This document shows, one piece after another, positions 24,614-35,749 of a stretch of DNA of 64,000 bases. Numbering within the stretch: position 1 is the first letter of the stretch; every line of letters starts with the position of its first letter. The translations under genes and the position numbers were made by a program. The notes beneath the pieces were generated by a model, which did no database searches, had not been told where the DNA came from, and worked only from the letters and a program-made list of their open reading frames with translations. The DNA is from Escherichia coli (GTDB lineage Bacteria; Pseudomonadota; Gammaproteobacteria; Enterobacterales; Enterobacteriaceae), in the NCBI RefSeq assembly GCF_011045215.1, contig NZ_CP049201.1; one strand, given 5' to 3'.

Positions 24614-25606
24614 ATGAGTCAGAATACGCTGAAAGTTCATGATTTAAATGAAGATGCGGAATTTGATGAGAACGGAGTTGAGGTTTTTGACGAAAAGGCC
24701 TTAGTAGAAGAGGAACCCAGTGATAACGATTTGGCCGAAGAGGAACTGTTATCGCAGGGAGCCACACAGCGTGTGTTGGACGCGACTCAGCTTTACCTTG
24801 GTGAGATTGGTTATTCACCACTGTTAACGGCCGAAGAAGAAGTTTATTTTGCGCGTCGCGCACTGCGTGGAGATGTCGCCTCTCGCCGCCGGATGATCGA
24901 GAGTAACTTGCGTCTGGTGGTAAAAATTGCCCGCCGTTATGGCAATCGTGGTCTGGCGTTGCTGGACCTTATCGAAGAGGGCAACCTGGGGCTGATCCGC
25001 GCGGTAGAGAAGTTTGACCCGGAACGTGGTTTCCGCTTCTCAACATACGCAACCTGGTGGATTCGCCAGACGATTGAACGGGCGATTATGAACCAAACCC
25101 GTACTATTCGTTTGCCGATTCACATCGTAAAGGAGCTGAACGTTTACCTGCGAACCGCACGTGAGTTGTCCCATAAGCTGGACCATGAACCAAGTGCGGA
25201 AGAGATCGCAGAGCAACTGGATAAGCCAGTTGATGACGTCAGCCGTATGCTTCGTCTTAACGAGCGCATTACCTCGGTAGACACCCCGCTGGGTGGTGAT
25301 TCCGAAAAAGCGTTGCTGGACATCCTGGCCGATGAAAAAGAGAACGGTCCGGAAGATACCACGCAAGATGACGATATGAAGCAGAGCATCGTCAAATGGC
25401 TGTTCGAACTGAACGCCAAACAGCGTGAAGTACTGGCACGTCGATTCGGTTTGCTGGGGTACGAAGCGGCAACACTGGAAGATGTAGGTCGTGAAATTGG
25501 CCTCACCCGTGAACGTGTTCGCCAGATTCAGGTTGAAGGCCTGCGCCGTTTGCGCGAAATCCTGCAAACGCAGGGGCTGAATATCGAAGCGCTGTTCCGC
25601 GAATAA
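24614..25606 (+). CDS. rpoS: RNA polymerase sigma factor RpoS (sigma-38)
   Basis: ORF 24578..25606 trimmed to [11 protein letters not shown] (330 aa); full-length, no premature stop. Confidence 0.97.
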   Translation: MSQNTLKVHDLNEDAEFDENGVEVFDEKALVEEEPSDNDLAEEELLSQGATQRVLDATQLYLGEIGYSPLLTAEEEVYFARRALRGDVASRRRMIESNLRLVVKIARRYGNRGLALLDLIEEGNLGLIRAVEKFDPERGFRFSTYATWWIRQTIERAIMNQTRTIRLPIHIVKELNVYLRTARELSHKLDHEPSAEEIAEQLDKPVDDVSRMLRLNERITSVDTPLGGDSEKALLDILADEKENGPEDTTQDDDMKQSIVKWLFELNAKQREVLARRFGLLGYEAATLEDVGREIGLTRERVRQIQVEGLRRLREILQTQGLNIEALFRE

Positions 25607-25626
25607 GTAAGCATCTGTCAGAAAGA

Positions 25627-25659
25627 CCAGTCTCAAGCGAGGCTGGCCTTTTTCTTTTG
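25627..25659 (+). terminator. rpoS rho-independent terminator
   Basis: 8-bp stem (CCAGUCUC/GAGGCUGG with one G-U pair), 4-nt loop, then a T-rich tract. Confidence 0.7.
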
Positions 25660-25725
25660 TTTGGGAAGCTTGTGTTTTTGTCGCCTGGATAAGACACGTC
25701 AGCGTCCTACCCGGCAATTTGCATC

Positions 25726-26133
25726 CTATGTGTTCATCATCTTGCGCACCAGCTGCACAAACAGCTCCTGCTCTTCTGCACTCAAACGCCCCAAAAATTC
25801 CTCATCCACGCTGTCACCAATCGGTATCGCCGCAGCAAGTATCTTTTCTCCTTCGGCAGTCAGCCAGACAAAGCGACGCCGCTTGTCAGCGGCATCATGT
25901 TCACGTCTGACTAAGCCACGATTCTCCATTCTTGCCAACATTTCTGCCAACGTTGCTTTGGTGCTGACTGCTGCTTCTATCAGTGCCACCTGTTCGATAC
26001 CAGGCTTATCAGCAATGGCGCGCATCACCGCATACTGTGGTTTGGTCAGGTCAGGTAACTCGTGCTGCCAGCGAGCCGTGTGCTGCTGAAAAAGCTGTCG
26101 TAACTGATGGAACGCTTTATTTCGTAACGCCAT
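25726..26133 (-). CDS. MarR/SlyA-family transcriptional regulator
   Basis: 135 aa winged-helix regulator; divergently oriented to the downstream decarboxylase operon. Confidence 0.85.
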   Translation of the reverse strand: MALRNKAFHQLRQLFQQHTARWQHELPDLTKPQYAVMRAIADKPGIEQVALIEAAVSTKATLAEMLARMENRGLVRREHDAADKRRRFVWLTAEGEKILAAAIPIGDSVDEEFLGRLSAEEQELFVQLVRKMMNT

Positions 26134-26279
26134 GTAAACTCCGGGCTAATTCTCTGTCGCTATCATAGCGGTTTTTTAGTGACGAAGAAGATGTTGTTAC
26201 TTTTCAATCCTTGCCGCTGTGGAAATGAAGGAGTATGTTAATAATAACGTTCGTATACGAACAATTAAGAGAATAAGCA

Positions 26280-26873
26280 ATGAAACTGATCGTCGGGATG
26301 ACAGGGGCTACCGGTGCGCCTCTTGGTGTGGCATTACTGCAAGCGCTGCGGGAGATGCCGAATGTCGAGACTCATCTGGTGATGTCGAAGTGGGCGAAAA
26401 CCACCATTGAACTGGAAACGCCTTACAGCGCTCGCGATGTTGCTGCCCTCGCAGACTTCTGCCATAACCCGGCGGATCAGGCGGCGACCATCTCCTCAGG
26501 TTCCTTTCGTACCGACGGCATGATCGTTATTCCGTGCAGTATGAAAACGCTCGCCGGTATCCGCGCTGGTTACGCCGATGGCTTGGTAGGGCGCGCGGCG
26601 GACGTCGTGCTCAAAGAAGGCCGCAAACTGGTGCTGGTGCCGCGTGAAATGCCGCTTAGCACCATCCATCTCGAAAATATGCTCGCACTTTCACGCATGG
26701 GCGTGGCGATGGTGCCGCCGATGCCTGCCTTTTATAACCATCCCGAAACGGTAGATGACATTGTCCACCATGTGGTAGCCCGCGTGCTGGATCAATTTGG
26801 CCTCGAACATCCCCACGCCAGGCGCTGGCAAGGATTGCCGCAGGCCCGGAATTTTTCTCAGGAGAATGAATAA
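26280..26873 (+). CDS. ecdB: UbiX-like flavin prenyltransferase (decarboxylase subunit B)
   Basis: 197 aa; UbiX/Pad1 family (MKLIVGMTGATGA...); first gene of a three-gene operon; symbol recalled from the O157-type locus naming, treat as tentative. Confidence 0.85.
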   Translation: MKLIVGMTGATGAPLGVALLQALREMPNVETHLVMSKWAKTTIELETPYSARDVAALADFCHNPADQAATISSGSFRTDGMIVIPCSMKTLAGIRAGYADGLVGRAADVVLKEGRKLVLVPREMPLSTIHLENMLALSRMGVAMVPPMPAFYNHPETVDDIVHHVVARVLDQFGLEHPHARRWQGLPQARNFSQENE

Positions 26874-28300
26874 TGGCATTTGATGATTTACGCAGCTTTT
26901 TACAGGCGCTTGATGACCACGGCCAGTTACTGAAAATCAGCGAAGAAATGAACGCTGAACCGGATCTGGCTGCCGCTGCCAACGCCACCGGGCGTATCGG
27001 CGATGGTGCACCGGCGCTGTGGTTTGATAATATTCGCGGCTTTACCGATGCCCGCGTGGCGATGAATACCATCGGTTCCTGGCAGAACCACGCGATTTCC
27101 CTGGGCCTGCCGCCAAACACCCCGGTTAAAAAACAGATTGATGAATTCATCCGCCGCTGGGATAACTTCCCGATTGTCCCGGAACGCCGCGCCAATCCTG
27201 CCTGGGCGCAGAACACCGTCGATGGCGACGAGATTAATTTGTTCGATATCCTGCCACTGTTTCGTTTAAACGATGGCGATGGCGGTTTCTATCTCGACAA
27301 AGCCTGCGTGGTTTCCCGCGATCCGCTCGACCCAGATAACTTCGGCAAGCAGAACGTCGGCATCTACCGCATGGAAGTGAAGGGCAAGCGTAAGCTCGGC
27401 CTGCAACCGGTGCCGATGCACGATATCGCCCTGCATCTGCATAAAGCAGAAGAGCGCGGTGAAGATCTGCCGATTGCGATCACGCTCGGTAACGATCCGA
27501 TCATCACGCTGATGGGGGCCACGCCGCTGAAATACGATCAGTCTGAGTATGAAATGGCAGGCGCGCTGCGTGAAAGCCCGTACCCGATCGCCACCGCCCC
27601 GCTGACCGGTTTTGATGTGCCGTGGGGTTCAGAAGTGATCCTCGAAGGGGTCATCGAAAGCCGTAAGCGCGAAATCGAAGGGCCGTTCGGTGAGTTTACC
27701 GGACACTACTCCGGCGGGCGTAACATGACCGTGGTGCGCATCGATAAAGTCTCTTACCGCACCAGGCCGATTTTCGAATCGCTGTACCTCGGCATGCCGT
27801 GGACCGAAATCGACTACCTGATGGGGCCAGCCACCTGCGTACCGCTATATCAACAACTGAAAGCCGAGTTCCCGGAAGTGCAGGCGGTAAACGCCATGTA
27901 CACCCACGGCCTGCTGGCGATTATCTCCACCAAAAAACGCTACGGCGGCTTTGCCCGCGCGGTGGGCCTGCGCGCGATGACCACGCCGCACGGTCTGGGC
28001 TACGTGAAGATGGTGATTATGGTCGATGAAGACGTTGATCCGTTCAACCTGCCGCAGGTGATGTGGGCGCTCTCCTCGAAAGTGAACCCGGCAGGGGATT
28101 TGGTGCAGTTGCCGAATATGTCCGTGCTGGAACTCGACCCAGGCTCAAGCCCGGCGGGGATCACCGACAAGCTGATTATCGACGCCACCACGCCTGTTGC
28201 CCCGGACAACCGTGGTCACTACAGCCAGCCGGTGGTGGATTTACCGGAAACCAAAGCCTGGGCTGAAAAACTGACCGCTATGCTGGCTGCACGTAAATAA
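26873..28300 (+). CDS. ecdC: UbiD-family reversible aromatic acid decarboxylase (subunit C)
   Basis: 475 aa; UbiD family; start overlaps the ecdB stop. Confidence 0.85.
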   Translation: MAFDDLRSFLQALDDHGQLLKISEEMNAEPDLAAAANATGRIGDGAPALWFDNIRGFTDARVAMNTIGSWQNHAISLGLPPNTPVKKQIDEFIRRWDNFPIVPERRANPAWAQNTVDGDEINLFDILPLFRLNDGDGGFYLDKACVVSRDPLDPDNFGKQNVGIYRMEVKGKRKLGLQPVPMHDIALHLHKAEERGEDLPIAITLGNDPIITLMGATPLKYDQSEYEMAGALRESPYPIATAPLTGFDVPWGSEVILEGVIESRKREIEGPFGEFTGHYSGGRNMTVVRIDKVSYRTRPIFESLYLGMPWTEIDYLMGPATCVPLYQQLKAEFPEVQAVNAMYTHGLLAIISTKKRYGGFARAVGLRAMTTPHGLGYVKMVIMVDEDVDPFNLPQVMWALSSKVNPAGDLVQLPNMSVLELDPGSSPAGITDKLIIDATTPVAPDNRGHYSQPVVDLPETKAWAEKLTAMLAARK

Positions 28301-28310
28301 GGAGAAGAAG

Positions 28311-28547
28311 ATGATTTGTCCACGTTGTGCCGATGAACAGATTGAAGTGATGGCGAAATCGCCGGTGAAAGATGTCTGGACGGTATATCAGTGCCAGCAT
28401 TGCCTTTATACCTGGCGCGATACCGAACCGCTACGCCGCACCAGCCGCGAACATTATCCCGAAGCGTTCCGCATGACGCAGAAAGATATTGATGACGCGC
28501 CAATGGTGCCGAGCATCCCGCCGCTGCTGGCGGAAGGTAAGCGCTAA
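28311..28547 (+). CDS. ecdD: Decarboxylase small subunit D (Cys-rich, zinc-ribbon-like)
   Basis: 78 aa with CPRC...CQHC motif; immediately after the UbiD gene. Confidence 0.75.
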   Translation: MICPRCADEQIEVMAKSPVKDVWTVYQCQHCLYTWRDTEPLRRTSREHYPEAFRMTQKDIDDAPMVPSIPPLLAEGKR

Positions 28548-28555
28548 TAAAAAGT

Positions 28556-28583
28556 GCCGGGTAGTGGCTTTGCTTTACCCGGC
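28556..28583. terminator. Hairpin terminator between convergent ecdD and pphB
   Basis: Perfect 8-bp stem GCCGGGTA/TACCCGGC with a 12-nt loop; U-run on the pphB (minus) side. Confidence 0.55.
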
Positions 28584-28587
28584 CTCA

Positions 28588-29243
28588 TTACTTTATTTTA
28601 TAAAATGACAGCCGCCCGCTGTTCGGCGATCCGGTATCAATATAAATCTGGTTAGCGAACGTCTGAATGTTATCAAACATCATATGTCCAAATATAAAAT
28701 AATCAGCGCCGTTTATTTGTTGTAACTCGCCATTAAGCGATTTCTGCACACGATCAACAGGCCAGAGTAATTCGCTCTCCGCTATTTCTTTACCAAAGAG
28801 ATATTCACTCCCCGGATAATCTGCATGTGCGATGACATATTTTATGTTGTCGTTAGTGATTTAATAATATGTGGAAGGTGATGGAATTTCAGCAACAGAT
28901 CTATTGCCTCTTGTTGCTCTGAATCATTTAAATCGAAAAACCAGTCACCACCGCTGGCAAGCCACATATTTCCATCGCCAGTTTCGAATGCCTCAAGGGC
29001 CATCGCTTCGTGGTTGCCTTTAGCCGATGTAAACCAGGACTGGTTTAACAGGCGCAGCACGTTAAGACTCTCCGGCCCACGATCGATGTTATCGCCTGTG
29101 GAAATAAGTAAGTCGGTTTCAGGGCAAAAAGAGAGTTGATGTAAACGGGATTGTAATAACTGATATTCACCATGAATATCACCAACGACCCATATATGGC
29201 GATAATGATGGGCATTGACTTTTTGATAGCGTGTAGATGGCAT
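28588..29243 (-). pseudogene. pphB: Serine/threonine protein phosphatase 2 (PphB), disrupted by a 1-bp frameshift
   Basis: N-terminal 133 aa (GDIHG, GDNIDRG motifs) ends at stop 28842; the C-terminal part continues in the -1 frame to a stop at 28588; frameshift near 28860. Confidence 0.8.
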
Positions 29244-29348
29244 GGTTTTACCCTGTAAAATAAGCTTTCCTATTATACAGGGTATTTTTATTTGATTCGT
29301 CAGCTGTAGATAATATTCCCGATAGTATTTTTCTACCGGGAATTATAA

Positions 29349-31910
29349 TTACACCAGACTCTTCAAGCGATAAATCCACTCCAGCGCCTGACGCGGGGTG
29401 AGTGAATCCGGATCGAGGTTTTCCAGTGCCTCGACCGCAGGCGAAGTTTCTTCCGGTACTGACAGCAAAGACATTTGCGTACCATCCACTTGCGTAGCGG
29501 CGGCGTTCGGCGAAATGCTTTCCAGCTCACGCAGTTTTTGCCGTGCGCGCTTAATAACCTCTTTTGGCACGCCGGCCAGAGCTGCAACCGCCAGGCCGTA
29601 GCTTTTGCTCGCCGCGCCATCCTGCACGCTATGCATAAAGGCAATGGTGTCGCCGTGCTCCAGTGCATCGAGATGCACGTTGGCGACGCCTTCCATTTTC
29701 TCCGGTAACTGGGTCAGCTCAAAATAGTGGGTAGCAAACAGCGTCAATGCCTTAATCTTATTCGCCAGATTTTCCGCGCACGCCCATGCCAGTGACAGAC
29801 CATCGTAAGTGGACGTTCCACGCCCGATCTCATCCATTAACACCAGACTGTATTCGGTGGCGTTATGTAAAATATTGGCGGTTTCAGTCATCTCCACCAT
29901 AAAGGTTGAGCGCCCGGAAGCCAGGTCATCTGCCGCGCCTACGCGGGTAAAGATACGGTCAATCGGTCCAATCTCGACTTTTTGTGCCGGTACATAGCTG
30001 CCGATGTAGGCCATCAGCGCAATCAGTGCGGTCTGGCGCATATAGGTACTTTTACCACCCATGTTCGGACCGGTGATGATCAACATGCGGCGCTGCGGCG
30101 ACAGATTCAGCGGGTTAGCGATAAATGGCTCATTCAGTACTTGTTCAACTACCGGATGGCGACCTTCGGTAATGCGAATGCCCGGTTTATCAATAAAGGT
30201 CGGGCAGGTGTAATTCAGGGTATAGGCCCGTTCCGCCAGGTTCACCAGCACGTCGAGTTCCGCCAGCGCGCTCGCGCTCTGTTGCAACGCTTCCAGATGC
30301 GGCAACAGCAGGTCGAACAACTCTTCATAAAGCTGTTTTTCCAGTGCCAGTGCTTTGCCTTTTGAGGTGAGAACTTTATCTTCGTACTCTTTTAGCTCTG
30401 GAATGATGTAGCGCTCGGCGTTTTTCAGCGTCTGGCGACGCATGTAGTTGATGGGTGCCAGATGGCTTTGCCCACGGCTGATTTGAATGTAGTAGCCGTG
30501 CACCGCATTAAAGCCAACTTTCAGCGTGTCCAGGCCGGTACGTTCACGCTCGCGGACTTCCAGACGCTCCAGATAATCGGTCGCGCCGTCAGCCAGCGCG
30601 CGCCACTCATCCAGCTCTTCGTTATAGCCCGATGCGATAACACCACCGTCGCGTACCAGCACCGGCGGTGCGTCGATGATTGCTCGCTCCAGCAGATCGC
30701 GCAGCTCGGCAAACTCGCCCATCTTCTCACGTAGCGCCTGTACCGGTGCACTATCAACAGGTTCTAACTGCGCACGCAGCTCCGGCAGTTGCTGGAAAGC
30801 GTGACGCATACGGGCCAGATCGCGTGGGCGAGCGGTACGCAACGCCAGACGCGCCAGAATACGTTCCAGGTCGCCAACCTGACGTAGTACCGGCTGTAGC
30901 CCGGCGGTGAAATCCTGCAATGCGCCAATAGTTTGCTGGCGCTCAAGCAACACGCGGGTATCGCGCACTGGCATATGCAGCCAGCGTTTCAGCATACGGC
31001 TGCCCATCGGCGTGACGGTGCAGTCGAGTACAGAAGCCAGCGTGTTTTCCGCACTGCCCGCCAGGTTCTGGGTAATTTCCAGGTTACGACGCGTCGCGGC
31101 ATCCATAATGATGCTGTCCTGCTCACGTTCCATGGTGATGGAACGAATATGCGGCAGAGTCGTACGTTGGGTATCTTTCGCATACTGCAACAGACAACCG
31201 GCAGCACAAAGTCCGCGCGGCGCGTTCTCGACGCCAAAACCGACCAGATCGCGAGTGCCAAATTGTAGATTCAACTGCTGGCGCGCGGTGTCGATTTCAA
31301 ACTCCCACAGCGGGCGACGGCGCAGGCCGCGACGGCCTTCAATTAACGACATTTCAGCAAAATCTTCTGCATACAGCAGTTCCGCAGGATTAGTGCGTTG
31401 CAGTTCTGCCGCCATCGTTTCCCGGTCAGCCGGTTCGCTCAGGCGAAAACGACCGGAACTGATATCCAGCGTCGCGTAGCCGAAACCTTTGCTGTCCTGC
31501 CAGATAGCCGCCAGCAGGTTGTCCTGACGCTCCTGCAACAGGGCTTCATCGCTGATGGTGCCTGGCGTAACGATACGCACAACTTTGCGCTCAACCGGAC
31601 CTTTGCTGGTCGCCGGATCGCCAATTTGTTCGCAGATGGCAACGGACTCGCCCTGATTCACCAGTTTGGCGAGGTAGTTTTCCACCGCATGGTAGGGAAT
31701 CCCCGCCATCGGGATCGGCTCTCCCGCCGAAGCACCGCGTTTGGTCAGTGAAATATCCAGCAGTTGCGATGCGCGTTTTGCGTCGTCATAAAACAGTTCA
31801 TAAAAATCACCCATCCGGTAAAACAGCAGGATCTCGGGATGCTGGGCTTTCAGCTTGAGATACTGCTGCATCATGGGCGTATGGGCGTCGAAATTTTCTA
31901 TTGCACTCAT
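29349..31910 (-). CDS. mutS: DNA mismatch repair protein MutS
   Basis: 853 aa; Walker [10 protein letters not shown]. Confidence 0.98.
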   Translation of the reverse strand: MSAIENFDAHTPMMQQYLKLKAQHPEILLFYRMGDFYELFYDDAKRASQLLDISLTKRGASAGEPIPMAGIPYHAVENYLAKLVNQGESVAICEQIGDPATSKGPVERKVVRIVTPGTISDEALLQERQDNLLAAIWQDSKGFGYATLDISSGRFRLSEPADRETMAAELQRTNPAELLYAEDFAEMSLIEGRRGLRRRPLWEFEIDTARQQLNLQFGTRDLVGFGVENAPRGLCAAGCLLQYAKDTQRTTLPHIRSITMEREQDSIIMDAATRRNLEITQNLAGSAENTLASVLDCTVTPMGSRMLKRWLHMPVRDTRVLLERQQTIGALQDFTAGLQPVLRQVGDLERILARLALRTARPRDLARMRHAFQQLPELRAQLEPVDSAPVQALREKMGEFAELRDLLERAIIDAPPVLVRDGGVIASGYNEELDEWRALADGATDYLERLEVRERERTGLDTLKVGFNAVHGYYIQISRGQSHLAPINYMRRQTLKNAERYIIPELKEYEDKVLTSKGKALALEKQLYEELFDLLLPHLEALQQSASALAELDVLVNLAERAYTLNYTCPTFIDKPGIRITEGRHPVVEQVLNEPFIANPLNLSPQRRMLIITGPNMGGKSTYMRQTALIALMAYIGSYVPAQKVEIGPIDRIFTRVGAADDLASGRSTFMVEMTETANILHNATEYSLVLMDEIGRGTSTYDGLSLAWACAENLANKIKALTLFATHYFELTQLPEKMEGVANVHLDALEHGDTIAFMHSVQDGAASKSYGLAVAALAGVPKEVIKRARQKLRELESISPNAAATQVDGTQMSLLSVPEETSPAVEALENLDPDSLTPRQALEWIYRLKSLV

Positions 31911-32196
31911 GGGGTTATGTCCGGTTCCCTGATATTAAATGGGGTGTGATGGTTTTTATTTTCGTTGTAATCACATAAGGCGCACATGATACCGGAGTTA
32001 ATCATTTCAGGGGAAGAAGCGAACGGCGAGTTCTTGATGCTGGTTCCGGGAAAGATGCTGTTTTGCAGCTTTTGCGTGATGCTTATGAAGCAAGTACGCA
32101 AAATTGCGTCGGTTGAATAAACCTCCTCCTTCAGAGCCATAGTCCCCTTTGAAATTAAGTTGTAGTATAAATACACCTTAAGAGTATGGAGGCAGC

Positions 32197-32550
32197 ATGT
32201 CCGGCAAGCGTATCTCTCGTGAAAAACTGACGATTAAAAAAATGATCGATCTTTATCAAGCGAAATGCCCGCAGGCGTCAGCGGAGCCGGAGCATTACGA
32301 CGCGCTGTTTGCCTACGCGCAAAAGCGGCTGGATAAATGTGTGTTCGGCGAAGAGAAACCAGCCTGTAAGCAGTGTCCGGTGCACTGTTACCAGCCTGCA
32401 AAGCGTGAAGAGATGAAACAGATTATGCGTTGGGCCGGGCCGAGAATGCTGTGGCGTCATCCGATCTTAACCGTGCGTCATCTCATCGATGACAAGCGTC
32501 CGGTGCCAGAACTGCCGGAAAAATATCGTCCGAAAAAACCTCGTGAATAG
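32197..32550 (+). CDS. ygbA: Uncharacterised Cys-rich protein YgbA
   Basis: 117 aa; conserved position between mutS and fhlA. Confidence 0.85.
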   Translation: MSGKRISREKLTIKKMIDLYQAKCPQASAEPEHYDALFAYAQKRLDKCVFGEEKPACKQCPVHCYQPAKREEMKQIMRWAGPRMLWRHPILTVRHLIDDKRPVPELPEKYRPKKPRE

Positions 32551-32586
32551 TATGCCGGACAGGCAGATCTGTCCGGCAATTTGCAG

Positions 32587-34665
32587 TTAAATCAATGCCG
32601 ATTTATCAATTCCCAGCCGCTTCATCCGTGACAGCAGGGTCGTGCGTTTCAGCCCCAGACGTTGCGCAGCGCCTTTAGGCCCGGCAACCACGCCGTTAGT
32701 TTCTTTCAGCACGCGAACAATCAACTGATATTCATCTTCGCCCTCCTGAGCGACAACCGTTGCGGCAGGCGGCGTTTCAGGCTCCGGTAAAGCAATATCT
32801 GGCAATGACAGCTGCAGCACGTTGCCGCGTGTTAGCAATACCGCGCGCTCAATGACGTTTTCCAGTTCGCGTACGTTACCCGGCCACTCCATATTGCTCA
32901 AGGTGCGCAACGTCTCGGCAGGAATGCTGTCGATATTGCGCCCCAGACGACGGGCAATTTTGAAGGTAAAGGCTTTCGCCAGCAGCGGAATATCTTCCGG
33001 ACGCTCGCGTAGTGGCGGAAGGTGAATCGGGAATACGTTCAGGCGGTAATAGAGATCGCTACGGAACTCACGGTCGGCGACCATTTTTTTCAGATCGCGG
33101 TTAGTCGCGGCGATTAGACGCACGTCCGTCTGAATGATTTTGTTGCTGCCGAGGCGTTCAAACTCCTGTTCCTGCAATACACGCAGCAACTTCGGCTGTA
33201 ACTCCAGTGGCATATCGCCCACTTCGTCGAGGAACAGGGAGCTTTTATCCGCCAGTTCAAAACGACCGATACGCTGGGCGCTGGCACCGGTAAAAGCCCC
33301 ACGCTCATGACCAAACAGATCGCTCTCCAGCAATCCGGCAGGCATCGCCGCGCAATTCATTTTGACCATGCGGCGATTATTACGTCCACTGAGATTATGG
33401 ATAGCACGGGCAATCAGCTCTTTACCCGTGCCAGTTTCACCGAGGATCAGCACGGTACTGTCACTTTGCGCCACCATTTCAACTTGTTTAAGCACGCTGT
33501 ACATGGCTTCGCTGCGGCCAATAATCTCGCCAAATTCACTATCAACATTGTTGAGCTGCTCGGTCAGGGCGAGGTTTTCATCAACCAGCCGTTCTTTCAG
33601 ACGATGGATTTCCTGATAGGCGAGGGCGTTATCGACAGCGATTGCCACACGTTCGGCAATCTGGCGCAGTAAATTCAGATTGGTAGTGGTAAACACTTTC
33701 TCTTCACATTGCGCCAGTTTCAGCACGCCCAGCATGGTGTCGCCAGACATCAGCGGTAACAGGCACAAGGTTTGAATCTGGTTGCCCCAGGTATCGAACA
33801 ACATGCGTTCATAGGGGGCTAAATCATCCCGCTCGTGGAGATTAATCAGCAGCATCTCTTTACTTTTGAACACGCGTTCGGTGAGGGTTCCGGCTTCATC
33901 GACTTCGCTCTGTTCGTGGGCGGGATGCTGTTTATCAAGATAGTGAGTGGAGTAGATGTTGAGTTTGTTTTTACGGTGGCTGCGTAAGACGATACTGATA
34001 TCGTCAATATCGAAATAGTAATGGATTTCTTTGGCGACTTCGCTGACCAGTTCGTCCATATCCAGGCGGGAAAGCACCGCGTTGGTGATGGCGACCAGGA
34101 TGCGGAAGTTATCGCGTTCCCGGCATAACAACTCATAGTCGACATTGTTAACGACGCGACTCTGGATTTGTTCGGTGACGACAGAAACGATCTGCGTAAA
34201 TGTTTGCAGACGATTGAACTCTTTTTCGCTCCAGGGGCGATCGTCATAACGAATAAATTCACAGCCACCAAAAATATGCCCTTCCGCCGCCAGTGGCATC
34301 AGGCAATAGTGACCAAATTTTGGGTATAGCCCACCTGCGGCCAGCTGCGGCCAGGTTTCACAAAATTCTTCGTAACTGCAATGCAGCGTATCAGGGCGCG
34401 ACAAAATGCTGCGTACCGGACCGTGTGCCAGAACAGTTTCGTCTTCATATTTAATGGGGGTGTCTTTTTCACGCGATGCGTAATAAGACGCACGTTGAGT
34501 CTGCGCTTGCCACAACACAATAGCCGCGTTGTCGGCGAGCGCAGAACGCTTTACCAGTTGCGAAAGAGCCTCACACAGCGAGGCCAGATCGGGCTGCTGC
34601 AATAGTGTCCGAGTGATGTCGAACAACCCTTGCTGTCCGAGATCACTCATCGGTGTATATGACAT
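32587..34665 (-). CDS. fhlA: Formate hydrogenlyase transcriptional activator FhlA (sigma54-dependent)
   Basis: ORF trimmed to MSYTPMSDLG (692 aa); GAF domains, AAA+ sigma54-interaction domain ([14 protein letters not shown]) and C-terminal HTH. Confidence 0.96.
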   Translation of the reverse strand: MSYTPMSDLGQQGLFDITRTLLQQPDLASLCEALSQLVKRSALADNAAIVLWQAQTQRASYYASREKDTPIKYEDETVLAHGPVRSILSRPDTLHCSYEEFCETWPQLAAGGLYPKFGHYCLMPLAAEGHIFGGCEFIRYDDRPWSEKEFNRLQTFTQIVSVVTEQIQSRVVNNVDYELLCRERDNFRILVAITNAVLSRLDMDELVSEVAKEIHYYFDIDDISIVLRSHRKNKLNIYSTHYLDKQHPAHEQSEVDEAGTLTERVFKSKEMLLINLHERDDLAPYERMLFDTWGNQIQTLCLLPLMSGDTMLGVLKLAQCEEKVFTTTNLNLLRQIAERVAIAVDNALAYQEIHRLKERLVDENLALTEQLNNVDSEFGEIIGRSEAMYSVLKQVEMVAQSDSTVLILGETGTGKELIARAIHNLSGRNNRRMVKMNCAAMPAGLLESDLFGHERGAFTGASAQRIGRFELADKSSLFLDEVGDMPLELQPKLLRVLQEQEFERLGSNKIIQTDVRLIAATNRDLKKMVADREFRSDLYYRLNVFPIHLPPLRERPEDIPLLAKAFTFKIARRLGRNIDSIPAETLRTLSNMEWPGNVRELENVIERAVLLTRGNVLQLSLPDIALPEPETPPAATVVAQEGEDEYQLIVRVLKETNGVVAGPKGAAQRLGLKRTTLLSRMKRLGIDKSALI

Positions 34666-34738
34666 TTTGTTCTTCCAGGAAAGCACCGCAAAGCGGTGCA
34701 AAAGGTCATTGACTAACTATAGGAGATTTAGAATTTTA

Positions 34739-35749
34739 TTAGCATATACGCGGAAGCGGTTCGGCGTGTGGTAAATCGAGGGTTCGTTTCACGCCATACA
34801 GACCGGCAAGACGAACACCTTTACGTTCCACCACTTCACCAATCAGCGCCGCGTCTTTCCCCAGTGGATGGGAATGTAACGCTGCCAGCACTTGCTCTGC
34901 CGCGTTGCGTTCAACGGCGATCACCAGTTTGCCTTCGTTGGCAAAGTTCAGGGCGTCCAGTCCCAGCAATTCGCAAACGCCGCGCACGGCAGGTTTAACC
35001 GGCAGCGCTGATTCAGAAATTTCAATACCGCAACCGCAGGCTGCCGCGAACTCATGAACCACCGCGTTTACACCACCACGGGTGGCATCACGCAGCGCTT
35101 TCACGCCGGGAATGTCACGCAGCGTCTGAATAAGCGGCGTCAGCACCGCGCAGTCGCTGACCAGTTCGCCATCCAGCCCCAGCTGCTCACGCAGGTTAAG
35201 GATAGTCGCCCCGTGGTCGCCGAGTGTACCGCTAACCAGCAATACATCGCCTGCGGTTAGCGTCTGTGCGCCCCAGTGAATATTCGCCGGAATTGCGCCC
35301 ATGCCCGCGGTGTTGATAAACAGTTTATCTGCCGCGCCGCGCTGCACCACTTTAGTATCGCCAGTAACGATGGCAATGCCTGCCGTGCGGGCGGTTTCTG
35401 CCATGCTGGTCACTACGGCTTTCAGTGTCTCCATCGGCAATCCTTCTTCGAGGATAAAGCCACAGGAGAGATAGCGCGGAATAGCGCCACTGACCGCAAC
35501 GTCATTCGCGGTGCCGCAAATCGCCAGCTTGCCGATATTACCGCCAGGGAAGAACAGCGGGTCAATAACGTAACTGTCGGTAGAGAACGCCAGACGGTCG
35601 CCTTCCGCTACCAGCTGCGCCAGATCAAGACGTGCCTGATCTTCCTGCTCTGCCAGCCACGGGTTGGCAAAGGCTTCCATAAACAGGCTGTTGATTAATT
35701 GCTGCATCGCCTGGCCGCCGCTACCGTGGGCGAGTTGGATATTATTCAC
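34739..35749 (-). CDS. hypE: Hydrogenase maturation protein HypE
   Basis: 336 aa; HypE family ending in ...PRIC. Confidence 0.95.
   Translation of the reverse strand: MNNIQLAHGSGGQAMQQLINSLFMEAFANPWLAEQEDQARLDLAQLVAEGDRLAFSTDSYVIDPLFFPGGNIGKLAICGTANDVAVSGAIPRYLSCGFILEEGLPMETLKAVVTSMAETARTAGIAIVTGDTKVVQRGAADKLFINTAGMGAIPANIHWGAQTLTAGDVLLVSGTLGDHGATILNLREQLGLDGELVSDCAVLTPLIQTLRDIPGVKALRDATRGGVNAVVHEFAAACGCGIEISESALPVKPAVRGVCELLGLDALNFANEGKLVIAVERNAAEQVLAALHSHPLGKDAALIGEVVERKGVRLAGLYGVKRTLDLPHAEPLPRIC

Noticed and set aside
25661-26089. 142-aa ORF (TTG start) antisense to the MarR regulator gene
   Set aside because: Ser/Ala/Cys-rich low-complexity translation on the opposite strand of a well-supported regulator ORF
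31907-32176. 89-aa ORF immediately upstream of mutS on the minus strand
   Set aside because: It lies in the mutS/ygbA divergent promoter region, has a low-complexity N-terminus, no convincing RBS and no recognisable family features; most likely a spurious frame
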